DNA of 64,000 nucleotides from Naegleria gruberi. Taxonomy: Eukaryota. The translations under genes and the position numbers were made by a program. Each line of letters begins with the position of its first letter. Position 1 is the first letter of the stretch. The notes under the pieces are model-generated. The model was not told the DNA's origin. It saw nothing but the letters and a program-made list of their open reading frames with translations, and ran no database searches. The stretch lies in assembly GCA_000004985.1 (NCBI GenBank), contig GG738932.1; one strand, 5' to 3'. Positions 48,001 to 57,589 of this stretch are shown here, in pieces.

Positions 48001-51000
48001 NNNNNNNNNNNNNNNNNNNNNNNNNNNNNNNNNNNNNNNNNNNNNNNNNNNNNNNNNNNNNNNNNNNNNNNNNNNNNNNNNNNNNNNNNNNNNNNNNNNN
48101 NNNNNNNNNNNNNNNNNNNNNNNNNNNNNNNNNNNNNNNNNNNNNNNNNNNNNNNNNNNNNNNNNNNNNNNNNNNNNNNNNNNNNNNNNNNNNNNNNNNN
48201 NNNNNNNNNNNNNNNNNNNNNNNNNNNNNNNNNNNNNNNNNNNNNNNNNNNNNNNNNNNNNNNNNNNNNNNNNNNNNNNNNNNNNNNNNNNNNNNNNNNN
48301 NNNNNNNNNNNNNNNNNNNNNNNNNNNNNNNNNNNNNNNNNNNNNNNNNNNNNNNNNNNNNNNNNNNNNNNNNNNNNNNNNNNNNNNNNNNNNNNNNNNN
48401 NNNNNNNNNNNNNNNNNNNNNNNNNNNNNNNNNNNNNNNNNNNNNNNNNNNNNNNNNNNNNNNNNNNNNNNNNNNNNNNNNNNNNNNNNNNNNNNNNNNN
48501 NNNNNNNNNNNNNNNNNNNNNNNNNNNNNNNNNNNNNNNNNNNNNNNNNNNNNNNNNNNNNNNNNNNNNNNNNNNNNNNNNNNNNNNNNNNNNNNNNNNN
48601 NNNNNNNNNNNNNNNNNNNNNNNNNNNNNNNNNNNNNNNNNNNNNNNNNNNNNNNNNNNNNNNNNNNNNNNNNNNNNNNNNNNNNNNNNNNNNNNNNNNN
48701 NNNNNNNNNNNNNNNNNNNNNNNNNNNNNNNNNNNNNNNNNNNNNNNNNNNNNNNNNNNNNNNNNNNNNNNNNNNNNNNNNNNNNNNNNNNNNNNNNNNN
48801 NNNNNNNNNNNNNNNNNNNNNNNNNNNNNNNNNNNNNNNNNNNNNNNNNNNNNNNNNNNNNNNNNNNNNNNNNNNNNNNNNNNNNNNNNNNNNNNNNNNN
48901 NNNNNNNNNNNNNNNNNNNNNNNNNNNNNNNNNNNNNNNNNNNNNNNNNNNNNNNNNNNNNNNNNNNNNNNNNNNNNNNNNNNNNNNNNNNNNNNNNNNN
49001 NNNNNNNNNNNNNNNNNNNNNNNNNNNNNNNNNNNNNNNNNNNNNNNNNNNNNNNNNNNNNNNNNNNNNNNNNNNNNNNNNNNNNNNNNNNNNNNNNNNN
49101 NNNNNNNNNNNNNNNNNNNNNNNNNNNNNNNNNNNNNNNNNNNNNNNNNNNNNNNNNNNNNNNNNNNNNNNNNNNNNNNNNNNNNNNNNNNNNNNNNNNN
49201 NNNNNNNNNNNNNNNNNNNNNNNNNNNNNNNNNNNNNNNNNNNNNNNNNNNNNNNNNNNNNNNNNNNNNNNNNNNNNNNNNNNNNNNNNNNNNNNNNNNN
49301 NNNNNNNNNNNNNNNNNNNNNNNNNNNNNNNNNNNNNNNNNNNNNNNNNNNNNNNNNNNNNNNNNNNNNNNNNNNNNNNNNNNNNNNNNNNNNNNNNNNN
49401 NNNNNNNNNNNNNNNNNNNNNNNNNNNNNNNNNNNNNNNNNNNNNNNNNNNNNNNNNNNNNNNNNNNNNNNNNNNNNNNNNNNNNNNNNNNNNNNNNNNN
49501 NNNNNNNNNNNNNNNNNNNNNNNNNNNNNNNNNNNNNNNNNNNNNNNNNNNNNNNNNNNNNNNNNNNNNNNNNNNNNNNNNNNNNNNNNNNNNNNNNNNN
49601 NNNNNNNNNNNNNNNNNNNNNNNNNNNNNNNNNNNNNNNNNNNNNNNNNNNNNNNNNNNNNNNNNNNNNNNNNNNNNNNNNNNNNNNNNNNNNNNNNNNN
49701 NNNNNNNNNNNNNNNNNNNNNNNNNNNNNNNNNNNNNNNNNNNNNNNNNNNNNNNNNNNNNNNNNNNNNNNNNNNNNNNNNNNNNNNNNNNNNNNNNNNN
49801 NNNNNNNNNNNNNNNNNNNNNNNNNNNNNNNNNNNNNNNNNNNNNNNNNNNNNNNNNNNNNNNNNNNNNNNNNNNNNNNNNNNNNNNNNNNNNNNNNNNN
49901 NNNNNNNNNNNNNNNNNNNNNNNNNNNNNNNNNNNNNNNNNNNNNNNNNNNNNNNNNNNNNNNNNNNNNNNNNNNNNNNNNNNNNNNNNNNNNNNNNNNN
50001 NNNNNNNNNNNNNNNNNNNNNNNNNNNNNNNNNNNNNNNNNNNNNNNNNNNNNNNNNNNNNNNNNNNNNNNNNNNNNNNNNNNNNNNNNNNNNNNNNNNN
50101 NNNNNNNNNNNNNNNNNNNNNNNNNNNNNNNNNNNNNNNNNNNNNNNNNNNNNNNNNNNNNNNNNNNNNNNNNNNNNNNNNNNNNNNNNNNNNNNNNNNN
50201 NNNNNNNNNNNNNNNNNNNNNNNNNNNNNNNNNNNNNNNNNNNNNNNNNNNNNNNNNNNNNNNNNNNNNNNNNNNNNNNNNNNNNNNNNNNNNNNNNNNN
50301 NNNNNNNNNNNNNNNNNNNNNNNNNNNNNNNNNNNNNNNNNNNNNNNNNNNNNNNNNNNNNNNNNNNNNNNNNNNNNNNNNNNNNNNNNNNNNNNNNNNN
50401 NNNNNNNNNNNNNNNNNNNNNNNNNNNNNNNNNNNNNNNNNNNNNNNNNNNNNNNNNNNNNNNNNNNNNNNNNNNNNNNNNNNNNNNNNNNNNNNNNNNN
50501 NNNNNNNNNNNNNNNNNNNNNNNNNNNNNNNNNNNNNNNNNNNNNNNNNNNNNNNNNNNNNNNNNNNNNNNNNNNNNNNNNNNNNNNNNNNNNNNNNNNN
50601 NNNNNNNNNNNNNNNNNNNNNNNNNNNNNNNNNNNNNNNNNNNNNNNNNNNNNNNNNNNNNNNNNNNNNNNNNNNNNNNNNNNNNNNNNNNNNNNNNNNN
50701 NNNNNNNNNNNNNNNNNNNNNNNNNNNNNNNNNNNNNNNNNNNNNNNNNNNNNNNNNNNNNNNNNNNNNNNNNNNNNNNNNNNNNNNNNNNNNNNNNNNN
50801 NNNNNNNNNNNNNNNNNNNNNNNNNNNNNNNNNNNNNNNNNNNNNNNNNNNNNNNNNNNNNNNNNNNNNNNNNNNNNNNNNNNNNNNNNNNNNNNNNNNN
50901 NNNNNNNNNNNNNNNNNNNNNNNNNNNNNNNNNNNNNNNNNNNNNNNNNNNNNNNNNNNNNNNNNNNNNNNNNNNNNNNNNNNNNNNNNNNNNNNNNNNN

Positions 51001-54000
51001 NNNNNNNNNNNNNNNNNNNNNNNNNNNNNNNNNNNNNNNNNNNNNNNNNNNNNNNNNNNNNNNNNNNNNNNNNNNNNNNNNNNNNNNNNNNNNNNNNNNN
51101 NNNNNNNNNNNNNNNNNNNNNNNNNNNNNNNNNNNNNNNNNNNNNNNNNNNNNNNNNNNNNNNNNNNNNNNNNNNNNNNNNNNNNNNNNNNNNNNNNNNN
51201 NNNNNNNNNNNNNNNNNNNNNNNNNNNNNNNNNNNNNNNNNNNNNNNNNNNNNNNNNNNNNNNNNNNNNNNNNNNNNNNNNNNNNNNNNNNNNNNNNNNN
51301 NNNNNNNNNNNNNNNNNNNNNNNNNNNNNNNNNNNNNNNNNNNNNNNNNNNNNNNNNNNNNNNNNNNNNNNNNNNNNNNNNNNNNNNNNNNNNNNNNNNN
51401 NNNNNNNNNNNNNNNNNNNNNNNNNNNNNNNNNNNNNNNNNNNNNNNNNNNNNNNNNNNNNNNNNNNNNNNNNNNNNNNNNNNNNNNNNNNNNNNNNNNN
51501 NNNNNNNNNNNNNNNNNNNNNNNNNNNNNNNNNNNNNNNNNNNNNNNNNNNNNNNNNNNNNNNNNNNNNNNNNNNNNNNNNNNNNNNNNNNNNNNNNNNN
51601 NNNNNNNNNNNNNNNNNNNNNNNNNNNNNNNNNNNNNNNNNNNNNNNNNNNNNNNNNNNNNNNNNNNNNNNNNNNNNNNNNNNNNNNNNNNNNNNNNNNN
51701 NNNNNNNNNNNNNNNNNNNNNNNNNNNNNNNNNNNNNNNNNNNNNNNNNNNNNNNNNNNNNNNNNNNNNNNNNNNNNNNNNNNNNNNNNNNNNNNNNNNN
51801 NNNNNNNNNNNNNNNNNNNNNNNNNNNNNNNNNNNNNNNNNNNNNNNNNNNNNNNNNNNNNNNNNNNNNNNNNNNNNNNNNNNNNNNNNNNNNNNNNNNN
51901 NNNNNNNNNNNNNNNNNNNNNNNNNNNNNNNNNNNNNNNNNNNNNNNNNNNNNNNNNNNNNNNNNNNNNNNNNNNNNNNNNNNNNNNNNNNNNNNNNNNN
52001 NNNNNNNNNNNNNNNNNNNNNNNNNNNNNNNNNNNNNNNNNNNNNNNNNNNNNNNNNNNNNNNNNNNNNNNNNNNNNNNNNNNNNNNNNNNNNNNNNNNN
52101 NNNNNNNNNNNNNNNNNNNNNNNNNNNNNNNNNNNNNNNNNNNNNNNNNNNNNNNNNNNNNNNNNNNNNNNNNNNNNNNNNNNNNNNNNNNNNNNNNNNN
52201 NNNNNNNNNNNNNNNNNNNNNNNNNNNNNNNNNNNNNNNNNNNNNNNNNNNNNNNNNNNNNNNNNNNNNNNNNNNNNNNNNNNNNNNNNNNNNNNNNNNN
52301 NNNNNNNNNNNNNNNNNNNNNNNNNNNNNNNNNNNNNNNNNNNNNNNNNNNNNNNNNNNNNNNNNNNNNNNNNNNNNNNNNNNNNNNNNNNNNNNNNNNN
52401 NNNNNNNNNNNNNNNNNNNNNNNNNNNNNNNNNNNNNNNNNNNNNNNNNNNNNNNNNNNNNNNNNNNNNNNNNNNNNNNNNNNNNNNNNNNNNNNNNNNN
52501 NNNNNNNNNNNNNNNNNNNNNNNNNNNNNNNNNNNNNNNNNNNNNNNNNNNNNNNNNNNNNNNNNNNNNNNNNNNNNNNNNNNNNNNNNNNNNNNNNNNN
52601 NNNNNNNNNNNNNNNNNNNNNNNNNNNNNNNNNNNNNNNNNNNNNNNNNNNNNNNNNNNNNNNNNNNNNNNNNNNNNNNNNNNNNNNNNNNNNNNNNNNN
52701 NNNNNNNNNNNNNNNNNNNNNNNNNNNNNNNNNNNNNNNNNNNNNNNNNNNNNNNNNNNNNNNNNNNNNNNNNNNNNNNNNNNNNNNNNNNNNNNNNNNN
52801 NNNNNNNNNNNNNNNNNNNNNNNNNNNNNNNNNNNNNNNNNNNNNNNNNNNNNNNNNNNNNNNNNNNNNNNNNNNNNNNNNNNNNNNNNNNNNNNNNNNN
52901 NNNNNNNNNNNNNNNNNNNNNNNNNNNNNNNNNNNNNNNNNNNNNNNNNNNNNNNNNNNNNNNNNNNNNNNNNNNNNNNNNNNNNNNNNNNNNNNNNNNN
53001 NNNNNNNNNNNNNNNNNNNNNNNNNNNNNNNNNNNNNNNNNNNNNNNNNNNNNNNNNNNNNNNNNNNNNNNNNNNNNNNNNNNNNNNNNNNNNNNNNNNN
53101 NNNNNNNNNNNNNNNNNNNNNNNNNNNNNNNNNNNNNNNNNNNNNNNNNNNNNNNNNNNNNNNNNNNNNNNNNNNNNNNNNNNNNNNNNNNNNNNNNNNN
53201 NNNNNNNNNNNNNNNNNNNNNNNNNNNNNNNNNNNNNNNNNNNNNNNNNNNNNNNNNNNNNNNNNNNNNNNNNNNNNNNNNNNNNNNNNNNNNNNNNNNN
53301 NNNNNNNNNNNNNNNNNNNNNNNNNNNNNNNNNNNNNNNNNNNNNNNNNNNNNNNNNNNNNNNNNNNNNNNNNNNNNNNNNNNNNNNNNNNNNNNNNNNN
53401 NNNNNNNNNNNNNNNNNNNNNNNNNNNNNNNNNNNNNNNNNNNNNNNNNNNNNNNNNNNNNNNNNNNNNNNNNNNNNNNNNNNNNNNNNNNNNNNNNNNN
53501 NNNNNNNNNNNNNNNNNNNNNNNNNNNNNNNNNNNNNNNNNNNNNNNNNNNNNNNNNNNNNNNNNNNNNNNNNNNNNNNNNNNNNNNNNNNNNNNNNNNN
53601 NNNNNNNNNNNNNNNNNNNNNNNNNNNNNNNNNNNNNNNNNNNNNNNNNNNNNNNNNNNNNNNNNNNNNNNNNNNNNNNNNNNNNNNNNNNNNNNNNNNN
53701 NNNNNNNNNNNNNNNNNNNNNNNNNNNNNNNNNNNNNNNNNNNNNNNNNNNNNNNNNNNNNNNNNNNNNNNNNNNNNNNNNNNNNNNNNNNNNNNNNNNN
53801 NNNNNNNNNNNNNNNNNNNNNNNNNNNNNNNNNNNNNNNNNNNNNNNNNNNNNNNNNNNNNNNNNNNNNNNNNNNNNNNNNNNNNNNNNNNNNNNNNNNN
53901 NNNNNNNNNNNNNNNNNNNNNNNNNNNNNNNNNNNNNNNNNNNNNNNNNNNNNNNNNNNNNNNNNNNNNNNNNNNNNNNNNNNNNNNNNNNNNNNNNNNN

Positions 54001-54619
54001 NNNNNNNNNNNNNNNNNNNNNNNNNNNNNNNNNNNNNNNNNNNNNNNNNNNNNNNNNNNNNNNNNNNNNNNNNNNNNNNNNNNNNNNNNNNNNNNNNNNN
54101 NNNNNNNNNNNNNNNNNNNNNNNNNNNNNNNNNNNNNNNNNNNNNNNNNNNNNNNNNNNNNNNNNNNNNNNNNNNNNNNNNNNNNNNNNNNNNNNNNNNN
54201 NNNNNNNNNNNNNNNNNNNNNNNNNNNNNNNNNNNNNNNNNNNNNNNNNNNNNNNNNNNNNNNNNNNNNNNNNNNNNNNNNNNNNNNNNNNNNNNNNNNN
54301 NNNNNNNNNNNNNNNNNNNNNNNNNNNNNNNNNNNNNNNNNNNNNNNNNNNNNNNNNNNNNNNNNNNNNNNNNNNNNNNNNNNNNNNNNNNNNNNNNNNN
54401 NNNNNNNNNNNNNNNNNNNNNNNNNNNNNNNNNNNNNNNNNNNNNNNNNNNNNNNNNNNNNNNNNNNNNNNNNNNNNNNNNNNNNNNNNNNNNNNNNNNN
54501 NNNNNNNNNNNNNNNNNNNNNNNNNNNNNNNNNNNNNNNNNNNNNNNNNNNNNNNNNNNNNNNNNNNNNNNNNNNNNNNNNNNNNNNNNNNNNNNNNNNN
54601 NNNNNNNNNNNNNNNNNNN
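1..54619. other. N run / assembly gap (no sequence information)
   Basis: Uninterrupted n from 1 to 54619. Nothing can be called here. Confidence 0.99.
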
Positions 54620-55648
54620 CACATTTGGAATGACTTGATATTCGACGTTTTTCTTGGCAGAGTCCAAAATAGTTGCCAAAGAACACTTGCTATTCACAGT
54701 AACTATTTGTTTGATATTGTGGGACAAGCTGTTGTAAACAATGATAGAATGTTGATCATCATTGGTAACATCCAAACTATCTGATAAGACACTATTACTA
54801 TCAATTTCCAAAACGTGTTGAGTGAGTGATTTGTGAAGGGACTTCATATCTTGAATGACTGAAGCAAGTTGGGACATGTAATCATTATAAACATGTCTTC
54901 TACAAGTACCAGTAATGGCATCGTGGTGTTGTACCAACCCAACAGTTTGTCTAGATCTTTGAATAGTATTAAATGTGTCTACCCAGTTGAACATGCTATT
55001 TTGGTGAGTCATCTTTACTCTTGCAAGAGCATACAACATTTCAGTTGATGTGAGCGCTGATTCAGCAGTTCTGGCAGACTTTTTAAGGTTTGGTAAGGAG
55101 GTAAAGTAACCAGTCCAATAACTATCTGGGTAGTCAGCATATGGTACAAAGTCTTGTTTAACGACTGGGAACTTGGTACTGCTACCGTAGTTTTTGAATA
55201 ATTCATTAAAGTATTCAGTAGTGGTGGCATATTGAACCTTAACTCCTAGATCATGATTATCCAAAAACTGAATAACTCTATCCATATTTGAAAATTGGGC
55301 TCCGGCATCTCTGAATTTAAAGTCGTCGCCCATTGGAACAAGAATGTATGGTGTTCTGTATGCTGAAGATCTCTTCCTCATGTCTTCAATAAATTCGTGA
55401 GCTTTTCTTTCCACATTTTGATCATTGATAAATTCCGCACCTGGTTTTTCAAAATCAAAATTTCTAGGACTAGAATAGTGAGTATGAAGTACTTCAGTGA
55501 AGATGGTATTGTTTGAGCTGATGTTCCAAATAAATTCCAATGCCTTTTCGTCCTTCATTACAGATTTGATGGAAAAGTGAACTCTGTTAATTACGAGAGC
55601 ATCAAATCCCATTTGACTGAATATTTGTGGAATTTTTCCGTCATGACC
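54620..55648 (-). CDS. Lysosomal-type alpha-mannosidase (glycoside hydrolase family 38), downstream exon; 3' end truncated by the N gap
   Basis: Minus-strand frame is open for exactly 343 codons from 55648 down to the gap edge at 54620. The translation GHDGKIPQIFSQMGFDALVINRVHF...MGDDFKF...QDFVPYADYPDSYWTGYFTSLPNLKK...VQHHDAITGTCRRHVYNDYMSQLA...IIVYNSL aligns block by block with human lysosomal alpha-mannosidase as recalled from memory ([25 protein letters not shown] / MGSDFQY / [26 protein letters not shown] / [24 protein letters not shown] / VIVYNPL). It is absent from the ORF track only because it runs off into the N run without a stop. Confidence 0.85.
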
Positions 55649-55697
55649 CTTAATTCATCATCATATATTAATCTTTCCTCGAGATGTGAAAACTTAC
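55649..55697 (-). other. Spliceosomal intron (49 nt, phase 0) of the mannosidase gene
   Basis: On the minus strand, GTAAGT follows directly after ...AWQIDPF, and the intron ends ...AATTAAG before GGTCATGAC. Splicing joins IDPF|GHDG, restoring the conserved GH38 'DPFGH' block. Left unspliced, the frame stops after VSFHISRKD*. Confidence 0.8.
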
Positions 55698-56004
55698 AAA
55701 AGGATCAATTTGCCAAGCAACTCTCGGTCTCACTCCAAATCTTCTCAAAAGATATTCATGACCTACAGTCATTGAGTTAATGATTGAAGTGTATGATGCA
55801 CAAGCTTCATCTGTTTGAATCCAACCTCCTCCGACAAATTCGAATCTATTTGTTTTAATTAGCTTTTTCACTTGTTGTTGTCTTGGTGCTGGTTGTTGTT
55901 CGAACCACTCCTTAAAGTAGAGAACATCACCCCACACATATCTTGTATGTGGTTTTTCCCAATAATTGACCAATAACACTGTCCAAAATGAGAAGGTTCT
56001 GATG
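55698..56004 (-). CDS. Lysosomal-type alpha-mannosidase (GH38), upstream exon; 5' end lost in the 50-N gap
   Basis: Translation ...KPHTRYVWGDVLYFKEWFEQQPAPRQQQVKKLIKTNRFEFVGGGWIQTDEACASYTSIINSMTVGHEYLLRRFGVRPRVAWQIDPF matches the GH38 N-terminal catalytic region (human: [20 protein letters not shown]...[54 protein letters not shown]). The frame continues into the N run. Confidence 0.85.
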
Positions 56005-56054
56005 NNNNNNNNNNNNNNNNNNNNNNNNNNNNNNNNNNNNNNNNNNNNNNNNNN
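56005..56054. other. 50-N placeholder gap (true size unknown)
   Basis: Exactly 50 n. The mannosidase N-terminus (signal peptide plus ~70-100 aa) is missing and is not encoded in 56055-56207, so the real gap must be larger than 50 bp. Confidence 0.7.
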
Positions 56055-56099
56055 AATCAATTCTTCATTACTATCAATATTGTACAAAACCCTAATTAA

Positions 56100-56106
56100 T
56101 ATAAAT
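56100..56106 (+). promoter_or_regulatory. TATAAAT motif about 100 bp upstream of the A20-finger gene ATG; possible TATA box
   Basis: tataaat lies in an AT-rich intergenic stretch. It is followed by A-tracts (aaaaaaaacag...aaaaaaaaaactcttaaaaATG). The call rests on position only. Confidence 0.3.
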
Positions 56107-56207
56107 TTAATCTTGATCTCAATGATGTTTACAATGAACAACAAGCATTCCATTTCAAAATTGAAAAAAAACAGAAAACATAAACTTTAAAAAAAAAACT
56201 CTTAAAA

Positions 56208-56693
56208 ATGTCCCTCTGCAAAGACAATTGTGGTTTCTACGGCAATGACAATTACGAAGGTTATTGTTCAACATGCTATCGAAAGAGAAATGCAAAACCA
56301 GGTGATGATCAATCATCGTTATCGGTAATTAATTCTACTCCAGTTTATACTCCACCAATGCCATCTTTCTCCTCCGATGAGGAATTGGCTGTTTTTATCA
56401 AATTGATCAGTAATATGCCAGAGATAACTTCTGGAAAGATTGATAATGTGTTGCAGACTTTGAATGTTTATTTCACTGAGAAGCAGGCAAGAGAATTGTT
56501 GACTGCTATTGGAAAGGTCACCTTGGATGGAAATAATTTCATTTATCATCATGCTGTGTATTGTAGAGTGGTGGATCGTTATAATTTACAAGAATGTTTT
56601 GGAGCTGAAGGATATTATTATGTTGCACGAGGAAAGAAACCTCAAGATGATTACAAAGTATGGGATCATCAACATTCATTCTTGAAACATTAA
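56208..56693 (+). CDS. A20-type zinc-finger protein (161 aa) with a possible CUE-like ubiquitin-binding segment; single exon
   Basis: The N-terminus MSLCKDNCGFYGNDNYEGYCSTCYRK fits the A20 finger pattern C-x3-C-G-F-Y-G-x7-C-S-x-C. Residues ~58-100 (EELAVFIKLISNMPEITSGKIDNVLQTLNVYFTEKQARELL) resemble a CUE/UBA-like helical module, with an M-P motif and a terminal LL. The start codon sits in an A-rich context (ttaaaaATGtc) and the stop is TAA. No AN1 finger is present. Confidence 0.8.
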   Translation: MSLCKDNCGFYGNDNYEGYCSTCYRKRNAKPGDDQSSLSVINSTPVYTPPMPSFSSDEELAVFIKLISNMPEITSGKIDNVLQTLNVYFTEKQARELLTAIGKVTLDGNNFIYHHAVYCRVVDRYNLQECFGAEGYYYVARGKKPQDDYKVWDHQHSFLKH

Positions 56694-56735
56694 ATTTCAT
56701 TACAATTTTTCATATTGAAATTATTCTATTATGAA

Positions 56736-56741
56736 ATTAAA
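56736..56741 (+). terminator. ATTAAA polyadenylation-signal variant, 43 nt after the A20-finger gene stop
   Basis: The hexamer attaaa lies in the short 3'-3' spacer between the A20 gene and the convergent membrane-protein gene. Confidence 0.35.
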
Positions 56742-56756
56742 CAAAATATTGAACAT

Positions 56757-57589
56757 TTACTTAGTTTTAATACCGGCATTATCTTGGTGGAACATTGGCA
56801 AGACACTAGGTCTGTCCTTTCTACCTCTTCTTCTCACCATCAAAGTGAGAGAAAGACAGCAGAATCCACAAACAGCAAGCAAGAGGGCAACAATAACAAA
56901 CACCCAGAATGGAACCTTTTCTCTTGGTGGTTTAGGAACTTGAGCAGCAGGAATCTTCCTGGTTTCGATTGGTTTTTCTTCCTTCTTTTCCTCAATAATA
57001 TTAATCTTTTTATCTTCTTCTTCGGCAGTTCTAATTTCTTCTTCAGCAGTTTCCTCAACAGTTTCGTCATCTTCCAATCCCAAATCATTAATTTCCTTAT
57101 TGTTGGTATCTTCATCAACAGTGTCCTTTTTAGAGATTGGAACAAAACCTTTTCCACTAAAAGTCATTGCAGCAAAGTAAGATTTGATAGATGTTGCAGG
57201 AAGGGTAATGGTGTATGGTGAAATACCACCAATGGCCAATAATTTTCTACCACCAGCATTCTTTTCCATTTCAGCAATAGCTTCATCAGAAAGGAAGACC
57301 CCTTCTTGATCGGTGTTTTGGCCTCCTTCGCCTTTGAGTTTAACTTCTTTAGTAAAATCAAATCTCATTACTGCATCCTTCTTGAATCTCAACTTTCTCT
57401 TTTCCTCACTGACTTCATAAATGAGATTGAGAGAACGTTCTCTAAGATCAGAAACTTCAATACCCTCAGAGAAGAGAGTACTAAAATCAATTGTTAATGG
57501 CTTAGATGGATGTAAATTTTGTAATCTAATAGCAACTTCATCAGAAGAAATACCTCTAGCCTGCAAGGAGATGATTTGAGCTGTGGATG
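56757..57589 (-). CDS. C-terminal ~277 aa of a large type I membrane protein (acidic juxtamembrane region, one TM helix, short basic cytoplasmic tail); 5' part lost in the N gap
   Basis: The minus frame is open from the gap edge to a TAA stop (plus 56757-59). The translation ends ...DEDTNNKEINDLGLEDDETVEETAEEEIRTAEEEDKKINIIEEKKEEKPIETRKIPAAQVPKPPREKVPFWVFVIVALLLAVCGFCCLSLTLMVRRRGRKDRPSVLPMFHQDNAGIKTK*. That is a ~23-residue hydrophobic helix followed by an RRRGRK stop-transfer signal, which gives a type I topology. No family could be assigned from memory. The 1585-aa ORF in the track is an artefact of translating 3.75 kb of N. Confidence 0.7.

Noticed and set aside
55015-55230. 71-aa minus-strand ORF (MPPLLNTLMNYSK...)
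   Set aside because: It is the +1 frame inside the mannosidase exon. The other frame carries the GH38 homology.
55577-55780. 67-aa plus-strand ORF
   Set aside because: It is antisense to the mannosidase exon/intron junction and has no protein-like features.
55861-55900. 'ggttgttgttcgaacc' tRNA-like T-arm-looking string
   Set aside because: It lies inside the mannosidase coding exon, and no cloverleaf can be built around it.
56319-56552. 77-aa minus-strand ORF
   Set aside because: It is antisense to the A20-finger CDS.
56715-57221. 168-aa and 70-aa plus-strand ORFs, and the 105-aa (56840-57157), 65-aa (57164-57361) and 63-aa (57306-57497) ORFs
   Set aside because: They are antisense or alternative frames of the membrane-protein C-terminal exon. 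They are low-complexity F/L/K-rich products of the acidic/lysine-rich coding strand.
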